Assembly: GCA_018302105.1 (NCBI GenBank)
Contig: JAGWAD010000038.1
Location: 1 to 60,452, forward strand
Direction of reading: 5' to 3'
DNA from: Candidatus Woesearchaeota archaeon
Lineage (GTDB): Archaea > Nanobdellota > Nanobdellia > SCGC-AAA011-G17 > GW2011-AR18
DNA: 60,452 nt
The position numbers and the translations under genes were made by a program. The notes under the pieces were generated by a model. That model searched no databases, had not been told where the DNA came from, and was given only the letters and a program-made list of their open reading frames with translations. Each line of letters begins with the position of its first letter. Positions within the stretch are counted from its first letter, which is position 1. Positions 10,229-20,567 of this stretch are shown in pieces.

Positions 10229-10255
10229 GAAACATTAATTCATAGAATTTAGTTA

Positions 10256-10633
10256 TTAGACATCAGAAAAACTAGAAAGAAATCTTTCTAATGAAGCTTC
10301 AATATTTTTATCTCCTATTCCCTTTGATCTTAATTCTTGCAGTCTCATTTGTACACTAAACCTGCACCCGATTAAAGAATCGTTAACTAAACGAGACATA
10401 TAACCTTTTCCACCATCAAGTACCCTCACCCCTTTTATACTTAAATAAGGTACGATATTATCAGTTTCAGCAATTTGTAGATATGAAATTAACCCTGCGT
10501 CATAAGACATTATAGAAGGATTTAATACTGCAACATCTAAATCTATCCTAATCAATAAACCAGTTTGAAACCCACTGTCAGTTCTTAAAATTACATATTT
10601 TTCTTTAAATCCGTCGTAAGGTGTTTTTGGCAT
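10256..10633 (-). CDS. hypothetical protein (possible Sm/SH3-like N-terminus)
   Basis: 125-aa ORF. Confidence 0.55.
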   Translation of the reverse strand: MPKTPYDGFKEKYVILRTDSGFQTGLLIRIDLDVAVLNPSIMSYDAGLISYLQIAETDNIVPYLSIKGVRVLDGGKGYMSRLVNDSLIGCRFSVQMRLQELRSKGIGDKNIEASLERFLSSFSDV

Positions 10634-10787
10634 AAGATTACTAAAAACTAAACAAATATAAATCTTACTTTTTATTACCCTACAGAAGTTATAGATTATA
10701 TTTTATAGTTAAGAAAAGCTTTTATTCTAATTAATGTTTAAATTTAATATATAGAAAGCTTTATATAATAATAAATGCTACTAAATA

Positions 10788-11666
10788 GTGGTAAAAATGG
10801 TAGAAGAAAATATTTATACATTAAGTCCAAGGAATTTAATTGAAACTGCAACCCTATCAGATTTACTCCATAGAAAACAAAATCATGATATTAACGGCAC
10901 TCGCAATCATTTAGAAAGCGCACTTGAAAATATAAGAGCTAATGTAAGTAATACTAGTTTAGTTGAACAATATGCAGAAAGAGCAATAGTATTGAATAAA
11001 TATGCAGAACTTGTTGCAGATGGAATAAATAGATTAATTGTAAACTCAACTGTACATGAAAAAATGCCATTACTCAATACTCTAGAGATTTTAGCAAAAA
11101 ATGCAAATTTGGATCCAGTAATAGACTTGAGATTTGAAGATTTTACAGATAGTATAGAAATAGCAAATGCAGATGAATTAATATTTCTAGAATTAGCTAA
11201 TTACATAAAAAATGCAGGAGAAAGTTATTATAAAGCAGGAGATAAGAAAGTTGAAGGAAGATTACCTGTTACTCTAAAATCAAAAATTGTAAGTCTTGAA
11301 GATCCAAAAAAATTAGGAGAAAATGCAATCTTATATAGAATTGGAACTCCTTTTATAAGAGTCTCAGTTACAGATCAAGGATATGGCATAAGTAAAGAAA
11401 ATTTACCTCAAATATTCAGAAAAGGTTTTTCAACAAAATCAGATGCAGATGAATCATTCAGAGGAATAGGTTTATCATTAACAGAGCATACACTAATGAA
11501 TATTCATGGTTATCTTGAAGTTAAAAGTAAAGAAGGAAAAGGGACCACTTTCAGTTTATATTTCCCAGTAGAACATAACGATTATAAAGAAATGCAGAAA
11601 AGAATACATAACAAAAAATTGTCCATGCAAAAACCAATTTATGGCAGTTCTGAAAATACGGATTAA
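10788..11666 (+). CDS. orphan histidine kinase (HATPase_c)
   Basis: H-box-like HDIN, N-box NYIKNA, G1 VTDQGYGI, F-box IFRKGFSTK, G2 GIGLS, GKGTTFSLYFP. Confidence 0.9.
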   Translation: MVKMVEENIYTLSPRNLIETATLSDLLHRKQNHDINGTRNHLESALENIRANVSNTSLVEQYAERAIVLNKYAELVADGINRLIVNSTVHEKMPLLNTLEILAKNANLDPVIDLRFEDFTDSIEIANADELIFLELANYIKNAGESYYKAGDKKVEGRLPVTLKSKIVSLEDPKKLGENAILYRIGTPFIRVSVTDQGYGISKENLPQIFRKGFSTKSDADESFRGIGLSLTEHTLMNIHGYLEVKSKEGKGTTFSLYFPVEHNDYKEMQKRIHNKKLSMQKPIYGSSENTD

Positions 11667-11702
11667 CCAAAACTTTATAAATAATTCAGATTTTCTAATT
11701 TT

Positions 11703-11960
11703 ATGGAAGGATTAATAACAAGCTTCAGAAGAGGCGTAAGAACACAGAAAAAATACCAGATGATAGCAAGAGTAAACGGTATTGAAAATGCAGAAAAAGC
11801 TAGATCTTTAATAAATAAAAAAGTAACTTGGAAATCTACAGCAGGAAAGGAAATAAAAGGAGAAATAACAAATCTTCATGGAAATAAAGGAAAAGTAAGA
11901 ATCCAGTTTGAAACAGGTTTGCCAGGCCAAAGTTTAGGAACAAAAATACAAATTGTTTAG
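11703..11960 (+). CDS. rpl35ae: 50S ribosomal protein L35Ae
   Basis: SFRRG, HGNKGKVRIQFETGLPGQSLG. Confidence 0.95.
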   Translation: MEGLITSFRRGVRTQKKYQMIARVNGIENAEKARSLINKKVTWKSTAGKEIKGEITNLHGNKGKVRIQFETGLPGQSLGTKIQIV

Positions 11961-12020
11961 ATTATACACTTTCTTAATTAATAATTTTAGTTATATAATT
12001 TTTTTGTATACAGAAACTAA

Positions 12021-12782
12021 TCATTTTTTAATAACATAAAAAATTTCATTTACAAATTCCAGTTTATTAAACTTGTATCCTAATCTTTTAAGCATCTGCT
12101 CAAACCATCCCCTTCTAGGATAATTCATTCCTCTATTTTTAGTTGTTACACTTGCAAAACTTACAATTAAATAATTAGCTTTTATTTTATTAATTAAATT
12201 CTCACTGGTTTTATGGTCTCTTAGATCCAAAGAATCCAATATTTTAAATAAAAAACATACATCAACTTCAGGAAATTCTTTTATTTCAAGAACATCACCT
12301 TGTAAGATCTCAAATTTAAATTTATTTTTTTTTAAATATTCCTCAATTAAATTACAATCTTCTTTTGTCAGTTCATTAACATAATAAAAAACATCATTTC
12401 CAATTAAACCATAACTTAGAGGATTTAATCCAGCACCAATATCTAATACTGTTTTAGGTTTTCCAGTTATACTAAACAATTTTTCATATAATGCATGATA
12501 AAATTCCTTTCTTTCAAATGTAGATTGGTGAATATCATAATTTAAATTTAATTTCACTTTCTTTACTTTCCAGAATTGCCCATATATTTTATTAAGTTCA
12601 TTTCTTACTTCTTTAACAATTTTCTTTATTTCTCTCTCTTTTAATGTTTCATTTTCACATTTAATTTTTAAAGTATTGCTTCTTTTAAAAAATTCATTTA
12701 TAAAATGCAGGACAAAACCATTATCCAGTCTATCTAATGGCGGCTTGTCTTTAATTTTTTCTATTAAAATTTGGTGCATCAT
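12021..12782 (-). CDS. ArmA/Rmt/FmrO-family 16S rRNA (m7G1405)-methyltransferase homolog
   Basis: HQSTFER, VLDIGAGLNPLS, FLFKILDSLD, IVSF, NEIFYVI motifs. Confidence 0.8.
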   Translation of the reverse strand: MMHQILIEKIKDKPPLDRLDNGFVLHFINEFFKRSNTLKIKCENETLKEREIKKIVKEVRNELNKIYGQFWKVKKVKLNLNYDIHQSTFERKEFYHALYEKLFSITGKPKTVLDIGAGLNPLSYGLIGNDVFYYVNELTKEDCNLIEEYLKKNKFKFEILQGDVLEIKEFPEVDVCFLFKILDSLDLRDHKTSENLINKIKANYLIVSFASVTTKNRGMNYPRRGWFEQMLKRLGYKFNKLEFVNEIFYVIKK

Positions 12783-12800
12783 TTTTAGTTAAAATTGAAC

Positions 12801-13068
12801 GTAGGCATGCCTGAAAGTGGACACAACTATCCTACTAAGTTTAACCCCGGCCATTCCTCAATCCCGCGCCCCTAAAAGCATTGACATAATTGCTTAGTGT
12901 TGCTCCATTCCTGGCCTCACACCCTTCGCAATCATGACAACCAATCAGGACAGAATATCCTTGTAGTTGCCAAGACTTAGCAAAATAATCATGCCGCCTT
13001 CCAAGCTTCAGCTCTGCTAAAGACCGTTTACAGTTACAGGTGCGGCCTAAACACCCAGCCTAGCCTAC
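12801..13068 (-). ncRNA. ffs: archaeal SRP (7S) RNA
   Basis: 5' GCTAGGCTGGGTG..TGTAA Alu-like domain; helix 8 GTGTGAGGCCAGGAATGGAGCAACAC; termini GTAGGC/GCCTAC pair; upstream TATA. Confidence 0.9.
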
Positions 13069-13160
13069 AAATAAATAAGGTATTAAAACTTTAAAAGAGT
13101 TTTGGAATATTTTTTATAAGCTTTAAAAACATTTAAATAAAATAAAATACTAAATATTCT

Positions 13161-13352
13161 ATGATTAAAAAGATTTTAATTGCTGTTTTGTTAATATTAT
13201 TATTATTGTTCTTCATAGAGAATCCAGATACATTTAAAAAATTCTTGAATTTCAGTGAAGATAAAATAGAAAAAAGCATAGATACTCTTTCAAATAAATC
13301 GATTACAAATCAGACAATTGAAAATAAAACAATAAGTAATTTTACAGTATAG
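13161..13352 (+). CDS. small membrane-anchored protein
   Basis: 63 aa, N-terminal TM, TATA at appropriate spacing. Confidence 0.55.
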   Translation: MIKKILIAVLLILLLLFFIENPDTFKKFLNFSEDKIEKSIDTLSNKSITNQTIENKTISNFTV

Positions 13353-13411
13353 TCAACCAATAAGGTATTTAGTTTTTCAAATTCAGTTTTTACATCTTCT
13401 AAAGTTAAATA

Positions 13412-14011
13412 CTACGATATATTTACTTGCCTAAAATTATCTTGATAAAATAAATATTCATAATTTCCTAAAGTTGCCAGATATTCAATTCCAGAACTAT
13501 CACTTACTATTCCATAAAAAATAGCACTATTTGTTTGGTGAAGTTCGCCTCTTAAACAATCTCCAAATCCATTAGGCAGCGGCTGATTACCCAAAGAAAA
13601 TAAATTTATAAGCTGTAATTTATCTAAATGCCCAAAATCTATTTTAAAAAACAACTTTTCAATACCGTCAATAAAAATAATTGGCAGTTTATTTATTTTA
13701 GGCAGACTTTCCTTTATGCATAAGCTTGCAATTCCAAAATCTCCTTGTTTAAACCAGTTCTCATTTATAATTTTTTGGTATTCTTTTTTATATATCTCTT
13801 TTAATATGGGTTTAAAAAAATCCATGGGCTCATTAATATTATCTGCATCATGCCAAGTGCATAGATATTCGTTATTAGTTTTTAATTTTTTATAAACCCC
13901 ATTCAGAATACTATTACTCATTTCAGGATCACCATAAATAAGAACACTATCTTTAGCACCATCCAAATCCTCGCAGAGATAATCTATATGAAATTTAACT
14001 GACTCATCCAT
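13412..14011 (-). CDS. hypothetical protein, degenerate AAA/P-loop-like fold
   Basis: SVLIYG without GKT; Walker-B-like IIFIDG. Confidence 0.55.
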   Translation of the reverse strand: MDESVKFHIDYLCEDLDGAKDSVLIYGDPEMSNSILNGVYKKLKTNNEYLCTWHDADNINEPMDFFKPILKEIYKKEYQKIINENWFKQGDFGIASLCIKESLPKINKLPIIFIDGIEKLFFKIDFGHLDKLQLINLFSLGNQPLPNGFGDCLRGELHQTNSAIFYGIVSDSSGIEYLATLGNYEYLFYQDNFRQVNIS

Positions 14012-14041
14012 AATTTTTAAAAGAGAAAAAAGAATTTAAAT

Positions 14042-14950
14042 CTATATACTTATCTTAAACCTATTTTCTAAATCAATCTTACTTATTTGTGAAGCAAATC
14101 CCCTTCCAAAATTATAAGAAACAAGTCCACCAAATAATTCAAAAAATCCAATTTCTCTTCTTACTTCAAATACATCTGCTTCAGTTATATTCAATTCTTT
14201 TTTCATTAATTCAACAGCAGTTTCCCTGTTTCCAAATTCATCAATTAATCCAAATTCTTTAGCTTCACTCCCAAGATAAAATTCTCCAGTAGCAATCTCA
14301 CGAATCTTCGATACGTCGATTTTGCGATTCTGAGCTACTTCTTTTATAAAATATTCATGAATAACATTAATTTTTTTCTGCAATAATTCTCTTTCCTCAT
14401 TTGTAGTTTCTTTATACGGCGATCCTAAGTCTTTATATTTTCCGCCAATAAATCTTTCATATTCTATTCCATATTTTTCAAACAATTGGTTAAATTGCAA
14501 ATAACTTCCTAAAACACCAATGCTTCCAGTTATACTCATTGGAGAAGCAATTATTTTGTCAGTCGAACTGGCAACCCAATATCCGCCAGAAGCTCCAACT
14601 TCCCTGATTACAGCATAATTTGGTTTATCTAATGATTTAACAGCATCAGCAATTTCTTGTGAAGCAACAACTGTACCTCCAGGACTATCAATTTCAAATA
14701 TAATTCCTTTAACATAAGGATCATCTTCAACATCTTTTATTTGTTGGACTATAATAGTAGAAGAAGCACCTAAATCCCCCATCAAAAAACTTTCACCATT
14801 TCCATTAGTAGATATTACACCACTTATAGATATAATTGCAATTCCATTTCCAATACCAACTTTTTTTCCGTCAAATAACAAAAGTGAAATTAGTCCAGCT
14901 AATATAAATAAACCAAATAATACCAGAATAATTAAAATCCATTTATTCAT
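14042..14950 (-). CDS. sppA: signal peptide peptidase SppA (S49)
   Basis: IDSPGG, GASGGYWVAS, TGSIGV, GKYKD. Confidence 0.95.
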   Translation of the reverse strand: MNKWILIILVLFGLFILAGLISLLLFDGKKVGIGNGIAIISISGVISTNGNGESFLMGDLGASSTIIVQQIKDVEDDPYVKGIIFEIDSPGGTVVASQEIADAVKSLDKPNYAVIREVGASGGYWVASSTDKIIASPMSITGSIGVLGSYLQFNQLFEKYGIEYERFIGGKYKDLGSPYKETTNEERELLQKKINVIHEYFIKEVAQNRKIDVSKIREIATGEFYLGSEAKEFGLIDEFGNRETAVELMKKELNITEADVFEVRREIGFFELFGGLVSYNFGRGFASQISKIDLENRFKISI

Positions 14951-15140
14951 TCTAAACTATTTTATAAATCATTTAGTCTCTTAATATACTTTGCTGATTT
15001 TACATTTTTAAAAATTATCTAAATTTGTCATAAATTTTATTAAAGGCATATTAAAAATAATATAAGTTCGATAATATATTTTTAGCTATATTTCTAAATA
15101 AAACAAAAACTATTATAAATAAAGAGTACTTGGTAAAAAT

Positions 15141-16214
15141 ATGGCTAAAGTTAAATTAATACAGGTTTCAGGAAACTACTACGAAGTAGGGTTACAAATA
15201 GGCGCAGCTCTAAAAAATGGGATTAAAAAAGCCGTAAAAATACCACACAAGGAAAATTTGCTTTATAATTTAGATTTAGATACCAAATTCATGAAATGTT
15301 TACCATACGCAAATAAATATTCCCCTAATTTAATAAATGAAATGAAGGGCATGGCAGATGGTTCTAATCAGTCATTTGAAGACTTATTTTTATTAAATAT
15401 GGAAGAATTATGGGATAATCCTCCAGAAAAATGTACATCTATAATACATAAAACAAAAGATGAAGTAAATCTTTACCATAATGAAGATTTTAGAGAAGAA
15501 TATAAGAATGAAGTAGCAATACTAAAATGTAAATTAAAAAAAGTATCATTTCTAAGTGTAATATTTCCAGGATTGCTTGCAGGTTCCTCAGTTAGTCTAA
15601 ATTCATATGGTTTAGTACAAAGCATTAATTCATTAAATTATCATAAAGTAAAAATAGGAGTTCCAAAGAATTTTATTGCAAGAGAAATACTAGAATGCAG
15701 AAATATTAATGAAGTTTTGAAAGTAATTAAAACCAAGAATAGAGCTTCTGGATATAATCATATAATTATAGATAGAAATAAAGTATATAATATAGAAACA
15801 ACACCAACTAACTATGAAATTAGAGAAATAAAAAATGAAATTTTTGCTCATACAAACCATTATTTATCAAACAATCTTACAAAATGCGATTTAGCAAGTA
15901 AAAATTCATATCAAAGACTTAATCTTATTAAAGAAGCCACTGAAGGAAAAGAAATTAGCAAAGATTTAATATTATCTATTTTAAAATCTCATAAAGAAAA
16001 TAGCAGGATATGCAAACATAATCCAAAAATTGAAGATATTACATTAACTTCAGTTATAGCAAAGCCAGGTGAACTTAAGTTATATGCAACAAAGGGCAAT
16101 CCATGCAGAAATAAATATTTTGAATATGCATTAAATGGAAATCCAATTAAAAAAAAATTAATTAAAATTCCAATAATAAACAGACCAAAACAAAAAAATT
16201 TAATTCTCGACTGA
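15141..16214 (+). CDS. C45 family Ntn-hydrolase (acyl-CoA:6-APA acyltransferase-like)
   Basis: EMKGMADG, CTS nucleophile, HNED, LNSYGL, HTNHY, GNPC. Confidence 0.88.
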   Translation: MAKVKLIQVSGNYYEVGLQIGAALKNGIKKAVKIPHKENLLYNLDLDTKFMKCLPYANKYSPNLINEMKGMADGSNQSFEDLFLLNMEELWDNPPEKCTSIIHKTKDEVNLYHNEDFREEYKNEVAILKCKLKKVSFLSVIFPGLLAGSSVSLNSYGLVQSINSLNYHKVKIGVPKNFIAREILECRNINEVLKVIKTKNRASGYNHIIIDRNKVYNIETTPTNYEIREIKNEIFAHTNHYLSNNLTKCDLASKNSYQRLNLIKEATEGKEISKDLILSILKSHKENSRICKHNPKIEDITLTSVIAKPGELKLYATKGNPCRNKYFEYALNGNPIKKKLIKIPIINRPKQKNLILD

Positions 16215-16225
16215 TAGGTGGTTAA

Positions 16226-17908
16226 ATGAAATTTATTATTACTGTAATTATTTTTATAATCTCTATAAGTTCTGTTTTTGCTTTTAATACAAATGCACAG
16301 GAAGGAAATACTTGTAATTTTCAGTCAGAAGGAGATGAAAAATGCAATCCAGGTGCAAATTTATATTGTATTGAAGGAACTTGCAAAAGTTATCCTTCTA
16401 ACGAATTTATCTATTGTTTGGATTCAGATGGTAATGATATAACAAAAAAATCTTCTGTAAGTTTCAAATATAGAAGATGGGATTCAGGAGCAATAATACA
16501 GGGTGCAAAAGAAGATGCATGTTATAAACTTGGAACAGATGCTTCTTCAGGATGTTCTGGGACAGATTGTTATGTTGAAGAATTTACATGTAAATTAGAT
16601 TTCCAAAGCAATCCAACAGATGCTCCTTGGCAAAGCAATCAGGTAAAATGTAATTCATGCTCAAATGGCATTTGCCTCGATAGTTTGACTCCTGTAAAAG
16701 AATGCCAGGGTCCAATATCTACTAAATTAAATATTCAGGAAAAAGTAGAAATAACATCTAACAATAGCAATGAAAAAGAAAGATATATTGATACTTGTTA
16801 TAAAGACGGTTTTGGAGTAGCTTCATGTTCAGGCAATAATTGCGAAATAAAAGAATACTATTGCAGCCAAGGTTCTTATAATCAAGTTCACCAATCTAAA
16901 AATACTAAATGTAATTCTTGTTCAAATGGTGCATGTGTAGAAGAAAACAATACAAGAATATGTGCAGGACCAGAATCTCCAAATGCAAAAGTTCAGGAAA
17001 AAGTTGAAATGAACAATAATGGAGAAAGACAAATATATACTGATAACTGTTACAAGGATGGATTCGAAACAGAATCATGTTCAGGTACAAGATGCGAAAT
17101 AAAGGAATATTATTGTGATAATGAGAGAAAAAATTATTTAATATCTGCAAAGCCATGCATTTCTTGTTCTTTTGGTAGTTGTACTAATGCTACAAGAACT
17201 TGTACTGACAATGATGGCGATGGTTTTAGCATAGATTATGATTGCGGAACAAAAGATTGTGATGATACAAATCCAAATATACGTCCAGATAATTTAGGTC
17301 AGATAATTGGTGGTTGTGGTGCAGGCGGATGTGAAAATGTTCATATAAAGGAAATATGCAATGATAATAAAGATAATGATTGCGATGGTAAAATCGATAT
17401 GAGAGATGAAGAATGCAAAGATAGTGAGAATTGCACAACAACAAATGGCAATATACAATCAGACATTCCAATTACTTTATCTGCAAATCAGGCAAATACA
17501 AGATGTGCTAATAATGAATTCAAATGCAATATAGAAACAAAAGAACTTGTAATGTGTGAAAATAATCAGTGGATGCAGAATGATATGTATGAAATTTTTT
17601 GTAATATAAATAAAGAATGTAATCCTGGAGAACTTTCTTGCGATACAGAAAATGACCAATATAGGTTATGCAATGGCTTTGGAGTATTGGTTGGTCCATT
17701 TAGGGATGATTATACAGAAGTTTGCGAATCAATGGCATGTTCTGAAAATAAATTTCAGTGCAATAATGCAAATAAAAATATTAAGTTTTGCAATGATGGA
17801 ACTTGGTCTGATTACACTTCAGAAGGCTATGAAGAAAACTGCTTGCTTGAAGAAAAAGAAGATAAAAGAAAGAGTTTCTTGGATAAAATAAAAGACTGGC
17901 TCTTCTAA
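16226..17908 (+). CDS. secreted Cys-rich repeat surface protein with MopE-related putative metal-binding motif
   Basis: Signal peptide; three roughly 80-aa repeats (DxCYK..SCSGxxC.(I/V)xE(Y/F)xC); DNDGDGF..DCDD..EICNDNKDNDCDGKID. Confidence 0.85.
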   Translation: MKFIITVIIFIISISSVFAFNTNAQEGNTCNFQSEGDEKCNPGANLYCIEGTCKSYPSNEFIYCLDSDGNDITKKSSVSFKYRRWDSGAIIQGAKEDACYKLGTDASSGCSGTDCYVEEFTCKLDFQSNPTDAPWQSNQVKCNSCSNGICLDSLTPVKECQGPISTKLNIQEKVEITSNNSNEKERYIDTCYKDGFGVASCSGNNCEIKEYYCSQGSYNQVHQSKNTKCNSCSNGACVEENNTRICAGPESPNAKVQEKVEMNNNGERQIYTDNCYKDGFETESCSGTRCEIKEYYCDNERKNYLISAKPCISCSFGSCTNATRTCTDNDGDGFSIDYDCGTKDCDDTNPNIRPDNLGQIIGGCGAGGCENVHIKEICNDNKDNDCDGKIDMRDEECKDSENCTTTNGNIQSDIPITLSANQANTRCANNEFKCNIETKELVMCENNQWMQNDMYEIFCNINKECNPGELSCDTENDQYRLCNGFGVLVGPFRDDYTEVCESMACSENKFQCNNANKNIKFCNDGTWSDYTSEGYEENCLLEEKEDKRKSFLDKIKDWLF

Positions 17909-17992
17909 TTTTTTGTTTTTTATAGTATAATGCTTTACGTTTTTTTTGGGCTGTAAACTAAACCAATAAATAATTAATAAAATTAGTTTAAT

Positions 17993-18775
17993 TCACTTAA
18001 TCTTTTCTTTCAGATTATTTAAATGATTAAGAATTTTATAACATAAAGCAGGATCAAGAGTTTCCAGACCAGATGCATGGATCATATCTTCTCGTCTAAA
18101 AAGTTCTAAATTATCTTGATAAGTAATCCCAATATTTTCTCTTGCTTGTACAACACCATAACTAAAATTGCCAGAATTTCTCCAATTAGAATATTTTTCC
18201 TTTAAGCAAGCATTATCTAATGCAAAAGGCATATCATTCTTTACAACATCAAAGGAAATAATATCAAAATTTGGATCAAGCATTAAATTCCAATGTTCTT
18301 CAATATTGCCCCTGATATGTATTCCATAAACTAATTCGTCTACAGAAGAAGGTTTATCTATTCTAGAAAGCAGATCTCTCCAAGAACCAGGAATTTTAGA
18401 ATTTAACTTTTTATATTTTAATGATTGTGAAACATCCAGAAAAAGATATATTTTTTCTAAATTAAGTCCATTTATTGAATTTTGTACATGCAATCTGACT
18501 TTATCTAAGGATTGATTCGCACTAAGTTTATAATTTTCTATTAAAGTAACAGGATCAGGAAAATAAATGGAAAGTGCAGATTTTTTCTTTTCACTCATTT
18601 CTTTTTTAAAATTATTTAAGCAAGCCATATTTCCAGGTCTTTCTAATACAATTTCTATAAGATTTTCACCTTTGATTAGAGGAATCGTAGGAATATCATG
18701 TAAGATAGAATAAACTAAAGAATCTTGAATATTATCAAAGGGAAGATAGGGCAGTGTTGTAGTGATATTTGTCAT
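17993..18775 (-). CDS. divergent UROD/MetE-like barrel protein
   Basis: TTTLPYLP..HDIPTIP, YGIHI, FDIISFD, SYGVV resemble cobalamin-independent Met synthase-like family; metal ligands appear degenerate. Confidence 0.45.
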   Translation of the reverse strand: MTNITTTLPYLPFDNIQDSLVYSILHDIPTIPLIKGENLIEIVLERPGNMACLNNFKKEMSEKKKSALSIYFPDPVTLIENYKLSANQSLDKVRLHVQNSINGLNLEKIYLFLDVSQSLKYKKLNSKIPGSWRDLLSRIDKPSSVDELVYGIHIRGNIEEHWNLMLDPNFDIISFDVVKNDMPFALDNACLKEKYSNWRNSGNFSYGVVQARENIGITYQDNLELFRREDMIHASGLETLDPALCYKILNHLNNLKEKIK

Positions 18776-18829
18776 TTTGAAGTAAAATTAAGCAATAAAA
18801 GTGAAAAGGTATATAAAATTTTCCAATAA

Positions 18830-20509
18830 ATGAAATATATGAAAGAAAGGATACAAGAACTAATAGCAAAAATAAAACCTGGGATTGACTTAGAAAAATT
18901 AAAGAAAGACTTAGCAAAAAAATACAAGCTTTCTAAAATGCCTACAAATATAGAAATATTAGAAGAATTAAATGAAAAACAAAAAGAATTTTACAAATCT
19001 TATTTAATAACAAAGCCAGTAAGAACTCTTTCAGGTGTAGCACCATTAGCAGTAATGACAAAACCAATCTCTTGCAAACATGGAAAATGCACTTTTTGTC
19101 CTGGCGGTCCAAGTTCAATATTTGGTGAAGTTCCTCAAAGCTATACTGGAAATGAGCCATCAACTATGCGGGCTATAAGGTCAAATTACGATTCTTATTT
19201 AATAGTTTTCAATAGATTAGAACAATATACATTACTAAATCAAATTCCAGATAAAACAGAAGTTATAATCCAGGGCGGGACTTTCTGTAGCTTTCCAAAA
19301 GAATATCAGGAAGAAGTTATTATTTATACATTAAAAGCAATGAATGATTTCTCAGAAATGTTTTTTGAAAATAATAAATTTAATTTCACAAAGTTTAAGG
19401 AATTTTACGAATTGCCAGGATCAATAAAAGATAAAGAAAGAACTAAAAGAATACATGAAAAATTATTGAAATTAAAAAAAGAATCTAATTTAGAAAAAGA
19501 GCAATTAAGAAATGAAACAGCACGTATACGCTCTACAGCTTTAGTTATAGAAACTAAGCCTGATTGGTGCAAAGAAGATGAAATAAATGAAATTTTAAAA
19601 CTAGGAACTACAAGAGTTGAATTAGGAATACAAACTTTAAAAGAAAATGTATTAAAAATTACTAATCGTGGACATACTTTAGATGATACAAAAGAAGCAA
19701 TACAATTATTGAAAGATTCTTTTTTAAAAATTACATTACATATTATGCCTGGTTTACCAAACACAACAAAAGAAGAAGACATAGAAATGTTTAGTGTCCT
19801 CTTTACAAATGACGATTATAAACCTGATTCTTTAAAGATTTATCCATGTTTAGTAATGCCAGGAACACCTTTATATTTACAATATCAAAAAGGCGAATTT
19901 AAACCATTAAATACAGAAGAAGCAGCAGAAATAATTGCAGAAGGAAAAAGATTTGTTCCTGAATATTGTAGAGTAATGCGTGTAAATAGAGACATTCCAA
20001 GTACAGTAATTCATGATGGAGTTATGAATACAAATCTAAGGCAAATAGTAGCTGAAAAAGTTAAAGAAAAAAATATAAAATGTATATGTATAAGGTGCAA
20101 AGAATCTATGGGAAGAAAAATTGATTATAATTCTATTGAAATTAAAAAACAATATTATGATTCAAGCAATGGAAAAGAAGTTTTCATTAGTGTTGTTGAT
20201 GCTAAAAATAATATATTAATTGGTTTCTGCAGATTAAGAAAACCTTACAAGCCATTTAGGCCAGAAATAACTAACAGTTCTGCAGGTGTTCGTGAATTGC
20301 ATGTTTACGGACAAGCAACACCTATAGGAGAAGCTGGATTAATACAACACAAAGGTTATGGCAAATTATTAATGGAAGAAGCTGAAAAAATTGCAAAAGA
20401 AGAATGGCATTGTGATAAATTATTGGTTATATCTGGAATTGGTGTACGTCAATATTATACAAAACTTGGTTATTCTAAAGATGGGTCTTATATGAGTAAG
20501 ATGTTATAA
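18830..20509 (+). CDS. elp3: Elp3 tRNA U34 acetyltransferase (radical SAM + GNAT)
   Basis: KPVRTLSGVAP, CKHGKCTFCPGG, PQSYTG, RELHVYG, QHKGYG, ISGIGVRQYY. Confidence 0.97.
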   Translation: MKYMKERIQELIAKIKPGIDLEKLKKDLAKKYKLSKMPTNIEILEELNEKQKEFYKSYLITKPVRTLSGVAPLAVMTKPISCKHGKCTFCPGGPSSIFGEVPQSYTGNEPSTMRAIRSNYDSYLIVFNRLEQYTLLNQIPDKTEVIIQGGTFCSFPKEYQEEVIIYTLKAMNDFSEMFFENNKFNFTKFKEFYELPGSIKDKERTKRIHEKLLKLKKESNLEKEQLRNETARIRSTALVIETKPDWCKEDEINEILKLGTTRVELGIQTLKENVLKITNRGHTLDDTKEAIQLLKDSFLKITLHIMPGLPNTTKEEDIEMFSVLFTNDDYKPDSLKIYPCLVMPGTPLYLQYQKGEFKPLNTEEAAEIIAEGKRFVPEYCRVMRVNRDIPSTVIHDGVMNTNLRQIVAEKVKEKNIKCICIRCKESMGRKIDYNSIEIKKQYYDSSNGKEVFISVVDAKNNILIGFCRLRKPYKPFRPEITNSSAGVRELHVYGQATPIGEAGLIQHKGYGKLLMEEAEKIAKEEWHCDKLLVISGIGVRQYYTKLGYSKDGSYMSKML

Positions 20510-20567
20510 TTATTTTTTTGTTTTATATCCAATAAATAAGCATTCTATCTTCTTATTATTTTATAGA

